Positions 28,334 through 38,285 of a DNA stretch of 64,000 nucleotides are shown one piece after another. The notes beneath the pieces were generated by a model, which was not told where the DNA came from, searched no databases, and worked only from the letters and a program-made list of their open reading frames with translations. The number at the start of each line of letters is the position of its first letter. Positions within the stretch are counted from its first letter, which is position 1. The stretch comes from Candidatus Aenigmatarchaeota archaeon (GTDB lineage Archaea > Aenigmatarchaeota > Aenigmatarchaeia > Aenigmatarchaeales > JACQIB01): positions 1-64,000 of the forward strand of contig JACQIB010000003.1 of NCBI GenBank assembly GCA_016198755.1, written 5' to 3'. Both the position numbers and the translations under genes were made by a program.

Positions 28334-29578
28334 TTAAACCACCTTTTGCTGGCGAAGCCAGCCTAAATCTTCTGCAAATAGCATTCTAATATCCTCCAAT
28401 CCCATTTTTAACATAACAAGCCTTGTCAGTCCAATTCCCCATGCTATGACAGGGTTCTTAATTTCCAAAGCAGCCAAGAGTTCAGGCCTGAACATTCCAG
28501 CTCCTGCAGCTTCTACCCACTTTCCCAATTTCGGAAACCATATAGCCATATCCACAGAAGGCTCTGTAAAGGGATAATAGCTTGGTATAAATTTTACCTT
28601 TTCTGAACCAGTGAAAACAACAGCAAATTCTTTCAATATCCCAAGCAATTCTCTTAAGTTAAGCTTCTCTCCCATTACAATACCATCGCACTGGTCAAAC
28701 TCAATTAGATGGGTTTTATCCAGCACATCTGGCCTGAAAACCCTGTCTATACAAAACATTTTCTGCGGCGGGGTTTTATTCTGGTTCAAAAACCTGCCAG
28801 AAACAGCTGTTGTGTGCGAGCGCAGCATTAGTTTGGTTGCTCTTTCAGCTGACCATGAATACTGCCAGCCCTTGCTTCCAGTAATCCAGCCGTTCTCATG
28901 AACTTTTTTCACTCTTTCAACCAATCCCTTATCCAACAATTTTCCCCTTCCAGAAACAACAAAGCTATCATGTATCTCACGTGCAGGATGGTTCTGGGCT
29001 TGGAAAAGAGTATCAAAGTTCCAGAACTCCTCTTCCACAAAAGGTCCAGCAGCTTCCTGGAACCCCATCCCAACCAGTATATCCTTTGCCTCTTCTATAG
29101 CTTCAATATAGGGCTGCATTTTGCCTGCAAAAACAGCTGGTGCAGGAGTTTTCACATCATATTTCCTGAACTTTGCCCCTTTCCATGCCCCGGAAATTAT
29201 CATTTCAGGCGTTAATTGTGCAATCTCTCCCTCTATTGTAACAGCTTTCCTTTTCTCAGTTACAAGTCCCCTGTCTTCCAGCTGTTTAAGCAAGTTTCCA
29301 GAGATATCCCTGCCAACCGAAATCAGTCCCAATGCCTCCTCCAACTCTGTCCTGTTTCCAGCTGCTCCTCTCCCCTCCTTTGTAAGCTCTAACATGCCTG
29401 AAGAAACCTTAATCCAGCCCAGCTTTTTCGCCCAGTTAAAACCAATAGCAGAATCTTCAACTCCCTTCAGCTCAACAATTTTTACATTTCCATTAAGCAG
29501 AAGCTGCAAAAGCCTTCGCTCCGGCAACCCCACCTTTACATATTTTTTCCCTTCTTCTGTTAGCTCCATACAAATCAC
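28334..29578 (-). CDS. pheS: Phenylalanyl-tRNA synthetase alpha subunit
   Basis: FWNFD.LF..QNHPARE, LRSHTT, YPFTEPS; likely ATG start at 29569. Confidence 0.97.
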   Translation of the reverse strand: MICMELTEEGKKYVKVGLPERRLLQLLLNGNVKIVELKGVEDSAIGFNWAKKLGWIKVSSGMLELTKEGRGAAGNRTELEEALGLISVGRDISGNLLKQLEDRGLVTEKRKAVTIEGEIAQLTPEMIISGAWKGAKFRKYDVKTPAPAVFAGKMQPYIEAIEEAKDILVGMGFQEAAGPFVEEEFWNFDTLFQAQNHPAREIHDSFVVSGRGKLLDKGLVERVKKVHENGWITGSKGWQYSWSAERATKLMLRSHTTAVSGRFLNQNKTPPQKMFCIDRVFRPDVLDKTHLIEFDQCDGIVMGEKLNLRELLGILKEFAVVFTGSEKVKFIPSYYPFTEPSVDMAIWFPKLGKWVEAAGAGMFRPELLAALEIKNPVIAWGIGLTRLVMLKMGLEDIRMLFAEDLGWLRQQKVV

Positions 29579-29640
29579 TGGTTTTTACCAAAATATAAGC
29601 ATTTTAATTCCTTTAAAACCAAGACTGCAGCAGGATCTGC

Positions 29641-30753
29641 ATGGTCATGGAGTATATAGCAGCACTGGTTCTTCTAGAGGCCATTATATCTTTCAAGCTC
29701 CTCTGGAACTTTCCAAAACTCCCTCCAGCAGGTAAAATACAATACTATCCCATGGTTTCTATAATAGTTCCTGTCAGGAACGAGATAGACAACATAAAAC
29801 TGTGCATGGAATCTATACTGAATCTGGACTATCCAAACAAAGAGATAATAGCTGTGGATGGAAGCTCAACAGACGGTACATACGAATACCTCAAAACCCT
29901 GAAAGGCATAAAACTTATACATGAAGAGAGCCTCCCTTCGGGCTGGGTTGGAAAGAATTATGCCTGTTTTCTGGGTTACAAAGCCTCAAAGGGAGAGTTT
30001 CTCCTTTTTACTGATGGTGATACAACCCACCATAAAGACCTGCTAAAAAACAGCATAAGCTATTCTATGGAACAGAAAGTTGGTTTATTGACACTTGGAC
30101 CAAAACTTTTTTACAGAGTCTTCTCTGAAAAAATTATACTTCCCTTTATAGTTGGTGTAATAACTACACTTTCAGGCGGCAAAAAAGTAAATGATGACAA
30201 TTCAGGCAGTTGGATGGCTGACGGTCAGTATATGCTCTTTGACAGGAACGCTTATGAGAAAATTGGTGGACATGAAAAGGTGAAAGGCAACATGATAGAG
30301 GATGTTTCCCTTGCAGGATTGATTAAAACCTCTGGCTTAAGGCTAAGGGTTTTAACAGCTCAGAACTATTTTGAGACAAGAATGCACCAGAACTTTTCAG
30401 AGCTATTAGAAAGCTGGACTAAAAACTTCTATGCTTTCACAAACCACAGGCCTGCCAAAGCAGCTTTAATTCTCCTTTATGTTTCAGTATTCTACCTGTT
30501 GCCAGCAGCAGTCTTTATCCTCTCCTTCGGTTCTTCCATATGGGCAGGAGTTGCCTATATAATAAGTCTCGGGAAGATGGCAGCAATCTATAAGGGACTA
30601 AGATCCAAGGCAAGATACTCCCCCCTTTATCCAATAGCAGCTTTAGTTTACTTTTTTGCAGGCCTTACTTCAACCCTGCGCGGTATCTTTGGCTTAGGTG
30701 CTCATTGGAAGGGGAGGGTTTATTCCAGCGAAAAAGTACAGTTCAGTCCCTGA
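29641..30753 (+). CDS. Membrane GT2 glycosyltransferase (HpnB/CrtQ-like)
   Basis: IIVPVRNE, GWVGKNYAC, FTDGD, GQYMLF, IEDV, C-terminal TMs, WKGR. Confidence 0.9.
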   Translation: MVMEYIAALVLLEAIISFKLLWNFPKLPPAGKIQYYPMVSIIVPVRNEIDNIKLCMESILNLDYPNKEIIAVDGSSTDGTYEYLKTLKGIKLIHEESLPSGWVGKNYACFLGYKASKGEFLLFTDGDTTHHKDLLKNSISYSMEQKVGLLTLGPKLFYRVFSEKIILPFIVGVITTLSGGKKVNDDNSGSWMADGQYMLFDRNAYEKIGGHEKVKGNMIEDVSLAGLIKTSGLRLRVLTAQNYFETRMHQNFSELLESWTKNFYAFTNHRPAKAALILLYVSVFYLLPAAVFILSFGSSIWAGVAYIISLGKMAAIYKGLRSKARYSPLYPIAALVYFFAGLTSTLRGIFGLGAHWKGRVYSSEKVQFSP

Positions 30754-31843
30754 GCATAAACTTATCCAGAACCTTTTTAGCTTGTTCCCTCTTCCTTTGA
30801 TGTTCTTTTAAGAAAGTGTTTAATTTGTCTATCAAAATCTGCTTCAATTCCCCAGTAAGCATCTTCCCAGATTTATAGTCATCGTATATTTTCTTCAGCT
30901 TTTTATCATCCTCCTCAAAGAAAGTCAGATACTGATAAGCAATATCTATATCAGGGTTTCCTCCAAGTTTTCTATGATCTTCAACAGATATTTTGCCTCC
31001 GGAAAATGCATGTTTCATGATTTTTTCTTTTATTTCTACAGGAGTATCTGTTGTGTAAATGGCACTAGTTGGGTCAGAAGCAGACATTTTTCCACCTTCT
31101 TTCAGTCCAGGAAGGAATTTGCACAAAAGTGCAGCAGGCTTTGGAAGTCCACTTTTTTCTGCAATATCCCTTGCAAGCCGTATAAAAACATCCTGATCAA
31201 TTGCCACCGGAACCAAAACTGGCAGCTTCATTTTTTCTGATGGATAAAGTATGTGAGCTGCCTGCATTGCAGGATAGAATGTTATGCCTATATTGTGTTC
31301 ATCAGTAAACCCAAAAGCAGACTTAACAGTGCTGTGCGTAAGCTTTTTCGCACATTTCATAGCAAGATTATAGACATCCTGATTCATGTTTTTCATATCC
31401 ACTACTATTTTGGTTTTCTCAGGGTCAAATCCTATAGCAATAACATCCAGCAAATTCTCATCAACAAATTTTTCAACAGAATCAAAATCCAAGTTTTCTT
31501 TGTAAAGGAATTTTTCATCATCTGAAAACGGTATAAAAACAAAGCAGCCAAATATATCCTGCAGCTCCTTTACAAATTTCATTAGCACAAGATGCCCCAA
31601 GTGCATCTTTTCAGAAACACCCCTGCCAGAAACAATAGCAAACTTTTTCTCCCTAAGTATTTTGTCAAAATCTCTATGTGCGTAAATATAGCCACGCCTC
31701 ATTAAAAGCGGCATATTTTTGAAGTGCTTCCGTATATTTTCATCTATCAAACTTACTCCGAAATCTTCCACAAGCTTTTCATAGTCAACCTTTCCCTCAA
31801 CTTCATACGGTGTTACAACAAACTCTTTTGCCATATCTATCAC
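30743..31843 (-). CDS. trpS: Tryptophanyl-tRNA synthetase
   Basis: VTPYEVEG, SGRG.S.KMHLGH, DQD, KMSAS. Confidence 0.97.
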   Translation of the reverse strand: MIDMAKEFVVTPYEVEGKVDYEKLVEDFGVSLIDENIRKHFKNMPLLMRRGYIYAHRDFDKILREKKFAIVSGRGVSEKMHLGHLVLMKFVKELQDIFGCFVFIPFSDDEKFLYKENLDFDSVEKFVDENLLDVIAIGFDPEKTKIVVDMKNMNQDVYNLAMKCAKKLTHSTVKSAFGFTDEHNIGITFYPAMQAAHILYPSEKMKLPVLVPVAIDQDVFIRLARDIAEKSGLPKPAALLCKFLPGLKEGGKMSASDPTSAIYTTDTPVEIKEKIMKHAFSGGKISVEDHRKLGGNPDIDIAYQYLTFFEEDDKKLKKIYDDYKSGKMLTGELKQILIDKLNTFLKEHQRKREQAKKVLDKFMLRD

Positions 31844-31868
31844 TTTGTTCAGCTGGTTTTTAAGCCTT

Positions 31869-32867
31869 TCAACTCCTGCGTACCTCCTTTCTCATACGTT
31901 CTATAGCTTCAAATTTTGAAGCCTTTTCCAGATGCTCTATACTCATTCTTCCAAACTCCTTTGCACGTTCCATATCTTTATCGACCCTATACACTGAAGA
32001 TATTGACAGTTGCATAGCTCTACCTAAATTAAACAGGGCAGAAGCATGGTCTTCAGTTATTCCTATTATTGGTCCAACTTCATTCACAGCAAACGATTCC
32101 ATGGTCGCATATCCTTCTCTAGCTCCTGGCAGATTGTAAGAATCTCTCGAAACTCCAGCAAAAGCAGCTAAAGAAATTATAGGACAACCTCTAACCCTAC
32201 TTTTAGGGTCAGGATATTTTATATTACGTTCTCTCAAGAAAACGTCTTCCGGCGTGAAGTCGTAACAACCAAAGGCACTGTAATGTGGAGAGAGAGCGTT
32301 AGTGTCAAGTCCGTCAACAAGTTTAACATCTCTATCGTCTACAAATCCCCGTCTTTTCAAAACACCCTCATACTTAGATTTTATGTTTGACTTCACTTCA
32401 TTTAACATCCTTCTAGATTCATCATCAAGTTTCAATGTAACTATACACAAGTCCCTGAATGCCAGAATAAGATCCTTATATAATTCAACAGGGGTTTCAT
32501 GTTTTAAAGCCGTATCATAGAAACTATCACCAAGATCCTCCATTACTACTGCCGCAAATTCTCCCTTATTGCACTCTTCTATTATTAATGGCAACACATA
32601 GCCTATACCATCCTCCCTGATAGCAGTGTAACCTCGTATGTTATCTTCTATTTCCCTTCTTCCCTTTCCACCTGCAGCAATCTTTACAACTACATTTAAA
32701 GGTGGTTTTGGTGGTATGTACAAAGGAAATTCACAATGCGGTCCCTTTACACCCCTGTATACCAGAGCCCCAGAATTGCCGCTAGAAAACCGTTGGGTTA
32801 AGTTTATTCCACGTTCCTTTGCAAATCTATCTACATAAATATCTACTTGCCCAAAGACCTTCCCCTC
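31869..32867 (-). CDS. APH/choline-kinase-like protein; start unresolved (frame open to 32867)
   Basis: SGNSGALVY Gly loop lies upstream of the track's TTG start; VVVK, MEDLG, YDFTPEDV, YPDP. Confidence 0.65.
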   Translation of the reverse strand, partial: EGKVFGQVDIYVDRFAKERGINLTQRFSSGNSGALVYRGVKGPHCEFPLYIPPKPPLNVVVKIAAGGKGRREIEDNIRGYTAIREDGIGYVLPLIIEECNKGEFAAVVMEDLGDSFYDTALKHETPVELYKDLILAFRDLCIVTLKLDDESRRMLNEVKSNIKSKYEGVLKRRGFVDDRDVKLVDGLDTNALSPHYSAFGCYDFTPEDVFLRERNIKYPDPKSRVRGCPIISLAAFAGVSRDSYNLPGAREGYATMESFAVNEVGPIIGITEDHASALFNLGRAMQLSISSVYRVDKDMERAKEFGRMSIEHLEKASKFEAIERMRKEVRRS

Positions 32868-33104
32868 TCATTTTTCCAACACCCCCAACAGAAACTTGCC
32901 AAATGGAGTAATGTATAATGGGCTGTTTCTAACAATTACCCCCTTCTTCTCCAATCCCCGTAGAGTGTACTTTGCAGTGCTCTCAGGCATTTCCTTCTTT
33001 AGCAGGCGCGCTGCAGCTGAGATTGTTAGTCCATCAATATCTTTTAGCTTGTGCAGAACTTGCTTTTCCCTATGCGACAGAGATAGCTCTAGAAAGACGT
33101 TCAA
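32868..33104 (-). CDS. Small winged-helix DNA-binding protein
   Basis: TISAAARLL...PESTAKYTL..LEKKG...ITPFG. Confidence 0.75.
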   Translation of the reverse strand: MNVFLELSLSHREKQVLHKLKDIDGLTISAAARLLKKEMPESTAKYTLRGLEKKGVIVRNSPLYITPFGKFLLGVLEK

Positions 33105-33240
33105 CCCCTTGTGCCCAAAGTAAATCCCTCATCTCTGTCACCTCTATTTAATAGTTACTCATGGGTGATATATAAAGCAGGTGGGCAGGATTTCTGACTA
33201 GGAAAGAAAGCTTTTATTCGCTCGCGTGCAAAACAAACCC

Positions 33241-34716
33241 ATGGTTGCAGAGGAAGTAGAGAGTATAGCAAAGCGCAGAGGGTTCTTTTGGCCAGCTGCA
33301 GAAATTTACAAGCCAATAGCAGGTTTCTGGAACTGGGGGCCGTTGGGAACAAGGCTTAAGGGTAACTTTCTTGCTGAGTGGAAAAATATTTTTGTTAGGG
33401 GGGAGAATGCATACGAAATAGAGACAACAGATATTTTACCGGAAATAGTTTGGCAGGCCTCAGGCCACTCTGAAGGGTTTAATGACAAACAAACAATGTG
33501 CAAGAAGTGCAAGAGCAGGTTTAGGGCAGATCATTTTATTGAGGAGTTCTTAAAGGGAAAAGAAAAGCTTGAAGGAAAGAGCTGTGAGGAGCTGACAGCT
33601 ATAATAGAGAAAGAAAAGCTGCGCTGTCCCAAATGCAAAGGTACTCTGTCGGAGGTTTTTGTTTTCAACCTTATGTTTTCTGTTGGTGTGGGACCGACTG
33701 GAGAGCAGAAAGCCTATCTGAAGCCAGAAACCACCCAAAGTTCTGTTTTAGACTTTCCAAATGTTTACAGGACAATGAGGGGTAAGCTTCCACTGAAGAT
33801 AGCACAAGTAGGTAGGAGCTTTAGGAATGAGATTTCTCCACGCAACATAATGCTCCGAATGAGGGAGTTTGATATGGCTGAGCTTCAGGTTTTCTTTAAT
33901 TCAGAGCAAAAGGAGTTTGCAGGATTTGAGAACATTAGTAAGGAAAACATAAGGATTCTCCCGGCAGAGCTTAGAAAGGGAAAGGAAGGAAAAGAAGTTG
34001 AAGTTAGTATAGAAGGGGCTTTGAAAAAGGGCTGGGTGCCAAATGAGATTACAGCTTACTATTTGGCAAAGGTCTTCACGTTCTACTTGTCTCTGGGCTT
34101 TGAAAGGAAAAACCTGCGCTTTAAAGAGCTTCTGCCAGAGGAAAGAGCCCACTATGCAAAAGTGCACTGGGACTTTGAAGTTTATACAGAGGATTTTGGA
34201 TGGGTTGAGTGTGTGAATAATGCTTGGCGCACAGATTATGACCTTAGCAGGCATCAGCAGTTCTCAAAGCAAAAGCTGACAGTTTTCGAGGACAACAAAC
34301 ATGTTTTGCCTAACATGTATGAGCCAAGCTTTGGAATTAACAGGACACTTTTCCTGTTGTTGGTTTCTACCTATAGGAAAGATGAAAAGAGGGTTTGGTT
34401 TGCCTTTCCACCTGCGTTAGCTCCATATTCTGTTGCTGTTTTCCCGCTTGTAAAGAAAGATGGAGTTGATAAGAAAGCTCAGGAGGTTTTTGACCTGCTT
34501 AGTAAAGAGGGACTGGAAGTTCTTTATGATGAATCAGACTCTATAGGTAGAAGGTATGCAAGGGTAGATGAGATAGGCATACCATTTGCTGTAACAGTAG
34601 ACTATCAGACACTTGAGGACAAAGCTGTGACAGTGAGGTTCAGGGACAGCACGAAGCAGGAGAGGGTTCCAATAGAAGGCTTGGGCAAGTTTATTAAGTC
34701 TGCCGCAAAATTCTGA
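33241..34716 (+). CDS. glyS: Glycyl-tRNA synthetase (alpha2 type)
   Basis: RRGF, ASGH, LKPET.Q, SFRNEISPR, EPSFG, SIGRRYAR.DEIG. Confidence 0.97.
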   Translation: MVAEEVESIAKRRGFFWPAAEIYKPIAGFWNWGPLGTRLKGNFLAEWKNIFVRGENAYEIETTDILPEIVWQASGHSEGFNDKQTMCKKCKSRFRADHFIEEFLKGKEKLEGKSCEELTAIIEKEKLRCPKCKGTLSEVFVFNLMFSVGVGPTGEQKAYLKPETTQSSVLDFPNVYRTMRGKLPLKIAQVGRSFRNEISPRNIMLRMREFDMAELQVFFNSEQKEFAGFENISKENIRILPAELRKGKEGKEVEVSIEGALKKGWVPNEITAYYLAKVFTFYLSLGFERKNLRFKELLPEERAHYAKVHWDFEVYTEDFGWVECVNNAWRTDYDLSRHQQFSKQKLTVFEDNKHVLPNMYEPSFGINRTLFLLLVSTYRKDEKRVWFAFPPALAPYSVAVFPLVKKDGVDKKAQEVFDLLSKEGLEVLYDESDSIGRRYARVDEIGIPFAVTVDYQTLEDKAVTVRFRDSTKQERVPIEGLGKFIKSAAKF

Positions 34717-34720
34717 TGGT

Positions 34721-35770
34721 ATGAAATACATTTTCATTCTTGGACAGAATGCAGAGCTGAGCAAGGCTGAGATAAAGGCGCTTGTGCATGATTTTGTAAT
34801 TATAGATGAGGGGAAAGATTTTCTTTTGGGCGAGACTGCAATGCACTTTGAAATGGGCAGGTTAGGGGGTACAATAAAGATAGCGGAGCTGTTGGATACG
34901 GAATTTGTTCCGGATGGTATGTTTAGTGTTTCAGCTTATCTTCCAAAAAACTCAAAAAAAACGCAGAAAGAATTTGCTAAAAGTATGAAAGAAAAAGCCA
35001 AGGCAGAAGGCAAAAAGAGCAGGTACTTTGAGAGCAGAAAGTCATTTACAACAGCTGTTGAGATTTTGAAGAAAAATTTGATAGGACGTGAGATTATTTT
35101 GGTTCAGGGAAAGAGCCTATACAAAGGGAAAACTATATGGGTCTATGATCCATTTTCCTTCAAACTGAGGGATACAGGCAGGCCAATGCAGAGACCAGCT
35201 CAGTCAATGCCAATTTCACTCGCTAAAATAATGGTAAATCTTTCCGGAGCTGAAGCTAATGATACTGTGCTAGACCCGTTTTGTGGGTATGGAACAATAG
35301 TGCAGGAGGTTGTTGCAGCAGGGTTTAATGCAGTTGGTTCTGATATTGACGGGAAAGCAATAACTGCTGCAACTGAAAACTTAAGGTGGTTTTCTGAGAA
35401 GTTCACTCCTGTTGGTACATGGAAGCTGGATATTTCTGATAGCAGGGAACTTTCTGAGCACTTCCAGCCAGATAGTATATCAGCAATTATAACAGAGCCT
35501 TTCCTAGGGCCACCCTTAACTGGAAAAGAAACAGAAGAACATCTCAGGTCTGTTTTCTCAGATCTATCCTCCCTATATACAGGGTTTTTTTCAGAAGCAA
35601 ACAAAATACTCAGGCTAGGGGGAAAGATTGTTATAACACTCCCATTTTTCAAAGGTATCAATACTGTTGCAGCTCCAGTTACACAGAAAAACATGAAGCT
35701 GTTAGAGAGCTTTACAATAGACGGGAAAACAAGGTTAACTAGGATTTTAAGGGTTTATCAAAAGGTGTGA
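34721..35770 (+). CDS. Trm11/TrmG10-like SAM-dependent RNA methyltransferase
   Basis: LAKIMVNLS, LDPFCGYGT, GSDID, ITEPFLG. Confidence 0.8.
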   Translation: MKYIFILGQNAELSKAEIKALVHDFVIIDEGKDFLLGETAMHFEMGRLGGTIKIAELLDTEFVPDGMFSVSAYLPKNSKKTQKEFAKSMKEKAKAEGKKSRYFESRKSFTTAVEILKKNLIGREIILVQGKSLYKGKTIWVYDPFSFKLRDTGRPMQRPAQSMPISLAKIMVNLSGAEANDTVLDPFCGYGTIVQEVVAAGFNAVGSDIDGKAITAATENLRWFSEKFTPVGTWKLDISDSRELSEHFQPDSISAIITEPFLGPPLTGKETEEHLRSVFSDLSSLYTGFFSEANKILRLGGKIVITLPFFKGINTVAAPVTQKNMKLLESFTIDGKTRLTRILRVYQKV

Positions 35771-36396
35771 GTATGGGACTGGAAGAGTATTGGTCTGTGA
35801 GGATAATAGCAATAACAGCTGTTGTTTTTGTTTTACAGATGGTTTTCCCATGGATAACAAACAATTTTGCACTAAACTCTGCAGAAGCCCTTGGAAAGCC
35901 ATGGGAATTTGTAACTCATATGTTTCTGCATGGTGGATTTGAGCATATATTTTACAATATGTTTGCTCTTGGATTGTTTGGTATTATACTGGAAAAACTT
36001 ATAGGAGGGAAAAGGTTTATGTTTATTTACTTTGTGGGTGGTGTTATAGCTGGTATAGCAGCTTTCCTGTTTTACCCTTCAGCTATAGGTGCTTCGGGAG
36101 CTGTATTTGCTATAATGGGAACATTGGCTGTGCTAAGGCCCAAGTTAACTGTATTTGTTTTCGGTATACCAATGCCAATGATAGTGGCTTCGGCAGTATG
36201 GATAGCAATAGATATTTTCGGCGTATTTTTTCCAGCAGGCACAGCAAACACAGCACATTTAGCAGGTCTGTTCTTTGGATTTATTATAGGATTTTTACTA
36301 AGAAAGCAGTTTGGTGAACCTTTGTTCAGTGAGAAAGGAAAGCAGGCTTTTACAGACAGAGAATTTAATAGATGGGAAAACAGATGGATGCACTAA
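35767..36396 (+). CDS. Rhomboid intramembrane serine protease
   Basis: HMFLHGG.EHI.YNM, GASG, AHLAG. Confidence 0.95.
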   Translation: MSMGLEEYWSVRIIAITAVVFVLQMVFPWITNNFALNSAEALGKPWEFVTHMFLHGGFEHIFYNMFALGLFGIILEKLIGGKRFMFIYFVGGVIAGIAAFLFYPSAIGASGAVFAIMGTLAVLRPKLTVFVFGIPMPMIVASAVWIAIDIFGVFFPAGTANTAHLAGLFFGFIIGFLLRKQFGEPLFSEKGKQAFTDREFNRWENRWMH

Positions 36397-36524
36397 TGAT
36401 AGGCAATTTTCAGTTTTCTCTTGCAGAATTTACATATCTTTTGTTTCAGCCCTTTCCAGTGCACATTTGTAAGCCTTCCAACTTTTTTTATAGACTCTCC
36501 ACATCTATCACAAATAGTCTGCAC
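36393..36524 (-). CDS. Small basic zinc-finger protein (43 aa), absent from the ORF track
   Basis: GTG start overlapping upstream TAG; MQTICDRCGESIKKVGRLTNVHWKGLKQKICKFCKRKLKIAYH with two CxxC. Confidence 0.65.
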   Translation of the reverse strand: MQTICDRCGESIKKVGRLTNVHWKGLKQKICKFCKRKLKIAYH

Positions 36525-37678
36525 TAAGCCCCGCCCCTATAATCTTTTATCTTTTTAAGGTTCTTGAATAACTTTGTTTTTATCATTCCACGTTCTTTGA
36601 AAACTTCCCTTTCCAAATTATCCAATCCCTCCCCAACAGCATCCCTTGCATCCCATGCCCAGGAGCGGGAAGTGAAAAGATCCCTTCCTGTTCTCAGTCT
36701 TATACGCACAGAATATTTTGTTTTAAGACCCTTGCTTTTGTACTTTTTGAAATGCACAAAAAAGAACTGCACCTCCTCAACAGAAGCTATTTTTTTCAGA
36801 ACATCTCTTATCATCCTGTCCACAGTTTCCAGTGTAAACTCATCCTCTTCATCAAGACCAATAACCTGATAATAAATCCCCTCTTTTCTGAAACCTGACA
36901 CAAAATATTCCAGAAGGTCTTTTAGTGTAACAATTCCAATTGGTTTCTTCCCATCTGTAATCACAACACCTGAATTTTTATATTTAGTCATTAAGCCGAC
37001 AACATCAGAAAGTTTTGCGTTTTCTTTTGCAACAACAGGGTTCTTGTTTAGTGCAATACTCACAGGAAGGTTAGCGACTCTGTCCATTTCAGCAGCCATA
37101 GAGAACCAGCCCATTTTTTCCTTTGGTTGTTTTAAAGATTGTATAAGATCAAAAACAGTAACTATTCCTGCCAAATCTCCCTTCTCGTCCACTACCGGGA
37201 TTCGTGAAACATTATGCTGGCGCATAATAACCCTGACACTTCCTATGTCCGTATCCAGTGTAACTGTTTCTGGTTTGGACATTACAAGCTTTGCAACCCC
37301 ATCCTTAAACATTCTTGTATCGGCTGCAGCTCTAACAACATCGGTTATAGAAAGCAATCCAATAACATTACCCTTTTCCATAACAGGTAAAGCCCTAAGC
37401 CCAGTTTGTAAAAGCAGTGTAGCCGCTTCATCTAAGCTTTTACCCCCCTCCAGAGAAGCAGGTTTTGGACCAACAATAGAAGCTAGTTTTTGCCTGCTTG
37501 GGTCTGTTATACCTTTTGATGCAAGAGACTCAAAATTTACCATACCCCTGAATTTTTTACCATCAAGCAGCGGAACTTCATGAACATGTTCCATTTCCAT
37601 CATAGAAATAAACTTTGTAACAGGGTCTGAAGGCTTAAGATACAAAAAATCCCTGCTCATTATATCGCTTACTAACAT
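36524..37678 (-). CDS. Four-CBS-domain protein with C-terminal HPF/RaiA-like domain (putative ribosome hibernation factor)
   Basis: Four CBS repeats; C-terminal beta-alpha-beta-beta-beta-alpha pattern ending WDARDAVGEGLDNLEREV. Confidence 0.8.
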   Translation of the reverse strand: MLVSDIMSRDFLYLKPSDPVTKFISMMEMEHVHEVPLLDGKKFRGMVNFESLASKGITDPSRQKLASIVGPKPASLEGGKSLDEAATLLLQTGLRALPVMEKGNVIGLLSITDVVRAAADTRMFKDGVAKLVMSKPETVTLDTDIGSVRVIMRQHNVSRIPVVDEKGDLAGIVTVFDLIQSLKQPKEKMGWFSMAAEMDRVANLPVSIALNKNPVVAKENAKLSDVVGLMTKYKNSGVVITDGKKPIGIVTLKDLLEYFVSGFRKEGIYYQVIGLDEEDEFTLETVDRMIRDVLKKIASVEEVQFFFVHFKKYKSKGLKTKYSVRIRLRTGRDLFTSRSWAWDARDAVGEGLDNLEREVFKERGMIKTKLFKNLKKIKDYRGGA

Positions 37679-37747
37679 GGAATCACTCTCAAATTTCCCA
37701 GTGCCTGTATAAATAGTTGCTTTTGAAGCTTAAATAATAAAATTTTA

Positions 37748-38284
37748 TCATGGCTTGAAGAACTTTACCGCATAATATCCAACAGAATCTTTGTAAACAA
37801 CAGCCCAGAGCATGTTTGCGCGGATATTATGGGCTAATCTGACAGCTCTGCTGAGTTCAGGGAAAGAGAAAACATAGTTTTCCGGAACAGCAAACACAAT
37901 CCATTTTGTGTGTTCCCCAGCACTTTTAGGCCCCCTTTTCAGTGGTTTCACACCTTTGTTGTAAACCCTGAAGTCACATCCAAACTTAAACCCTGTTCTG
38001 GTTGGTAGTTCTTTGTTTCTCAAATCTTTGTAAACAGCATAGCGGAAGCTGAAGCGCGGATCTTTTTGGTTGCAATACTGGAACATTTCCTCCTTTCCAA
38101 CCTCTTTTCCTGTCTTATCCACCATAGTTACCTTTCCAATATCCAGTAAATATGCAGCTTCTATTAACGCAAGTTCAAGCCTGTCTTCCCTGGGCTTTCC
38201 CAGATAAAGCTCTTCAAACAGCTCATTTCCCTTTTCCCTGTCCCATACAACAGCTCTATTTTCTGCTAAAACAACTTCTATCAT
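37748..38284 (-). CDS. endA: tRNA splicing endonuclease, catalytic (alpha) subunit
   Basis: IEAAYL, VYKDLR, TGFKFGCDFRVY, EH, C-terminal KP. Confidence 0.92.
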   Translation of the reverse strand: MIEVVLAENRAVVWDREKGNELFEELYLGKPREDRLELALIEAAYLLDIGKVTMVDKTGKEVGKEEMFQYCNQKDPRFSFRYAVYKDLRNKELPTRTGFKFGCDFRVYNKGVKPLKRGPKSAGEHTKWIVFAVPENYVFSFPELSRAVRLAHNIRANMLWAVVYKDSVGYYAVKFFKP

Positions 38285-38285
38285 T

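Noticed and set aside
32868-32870. Genome-wide UGA recoding suggested by the in-frame TGA
   Set aside because: TGA ends many conserved genes at their expected C-termini (rpl12, glyS, endA), so the standard code applies.
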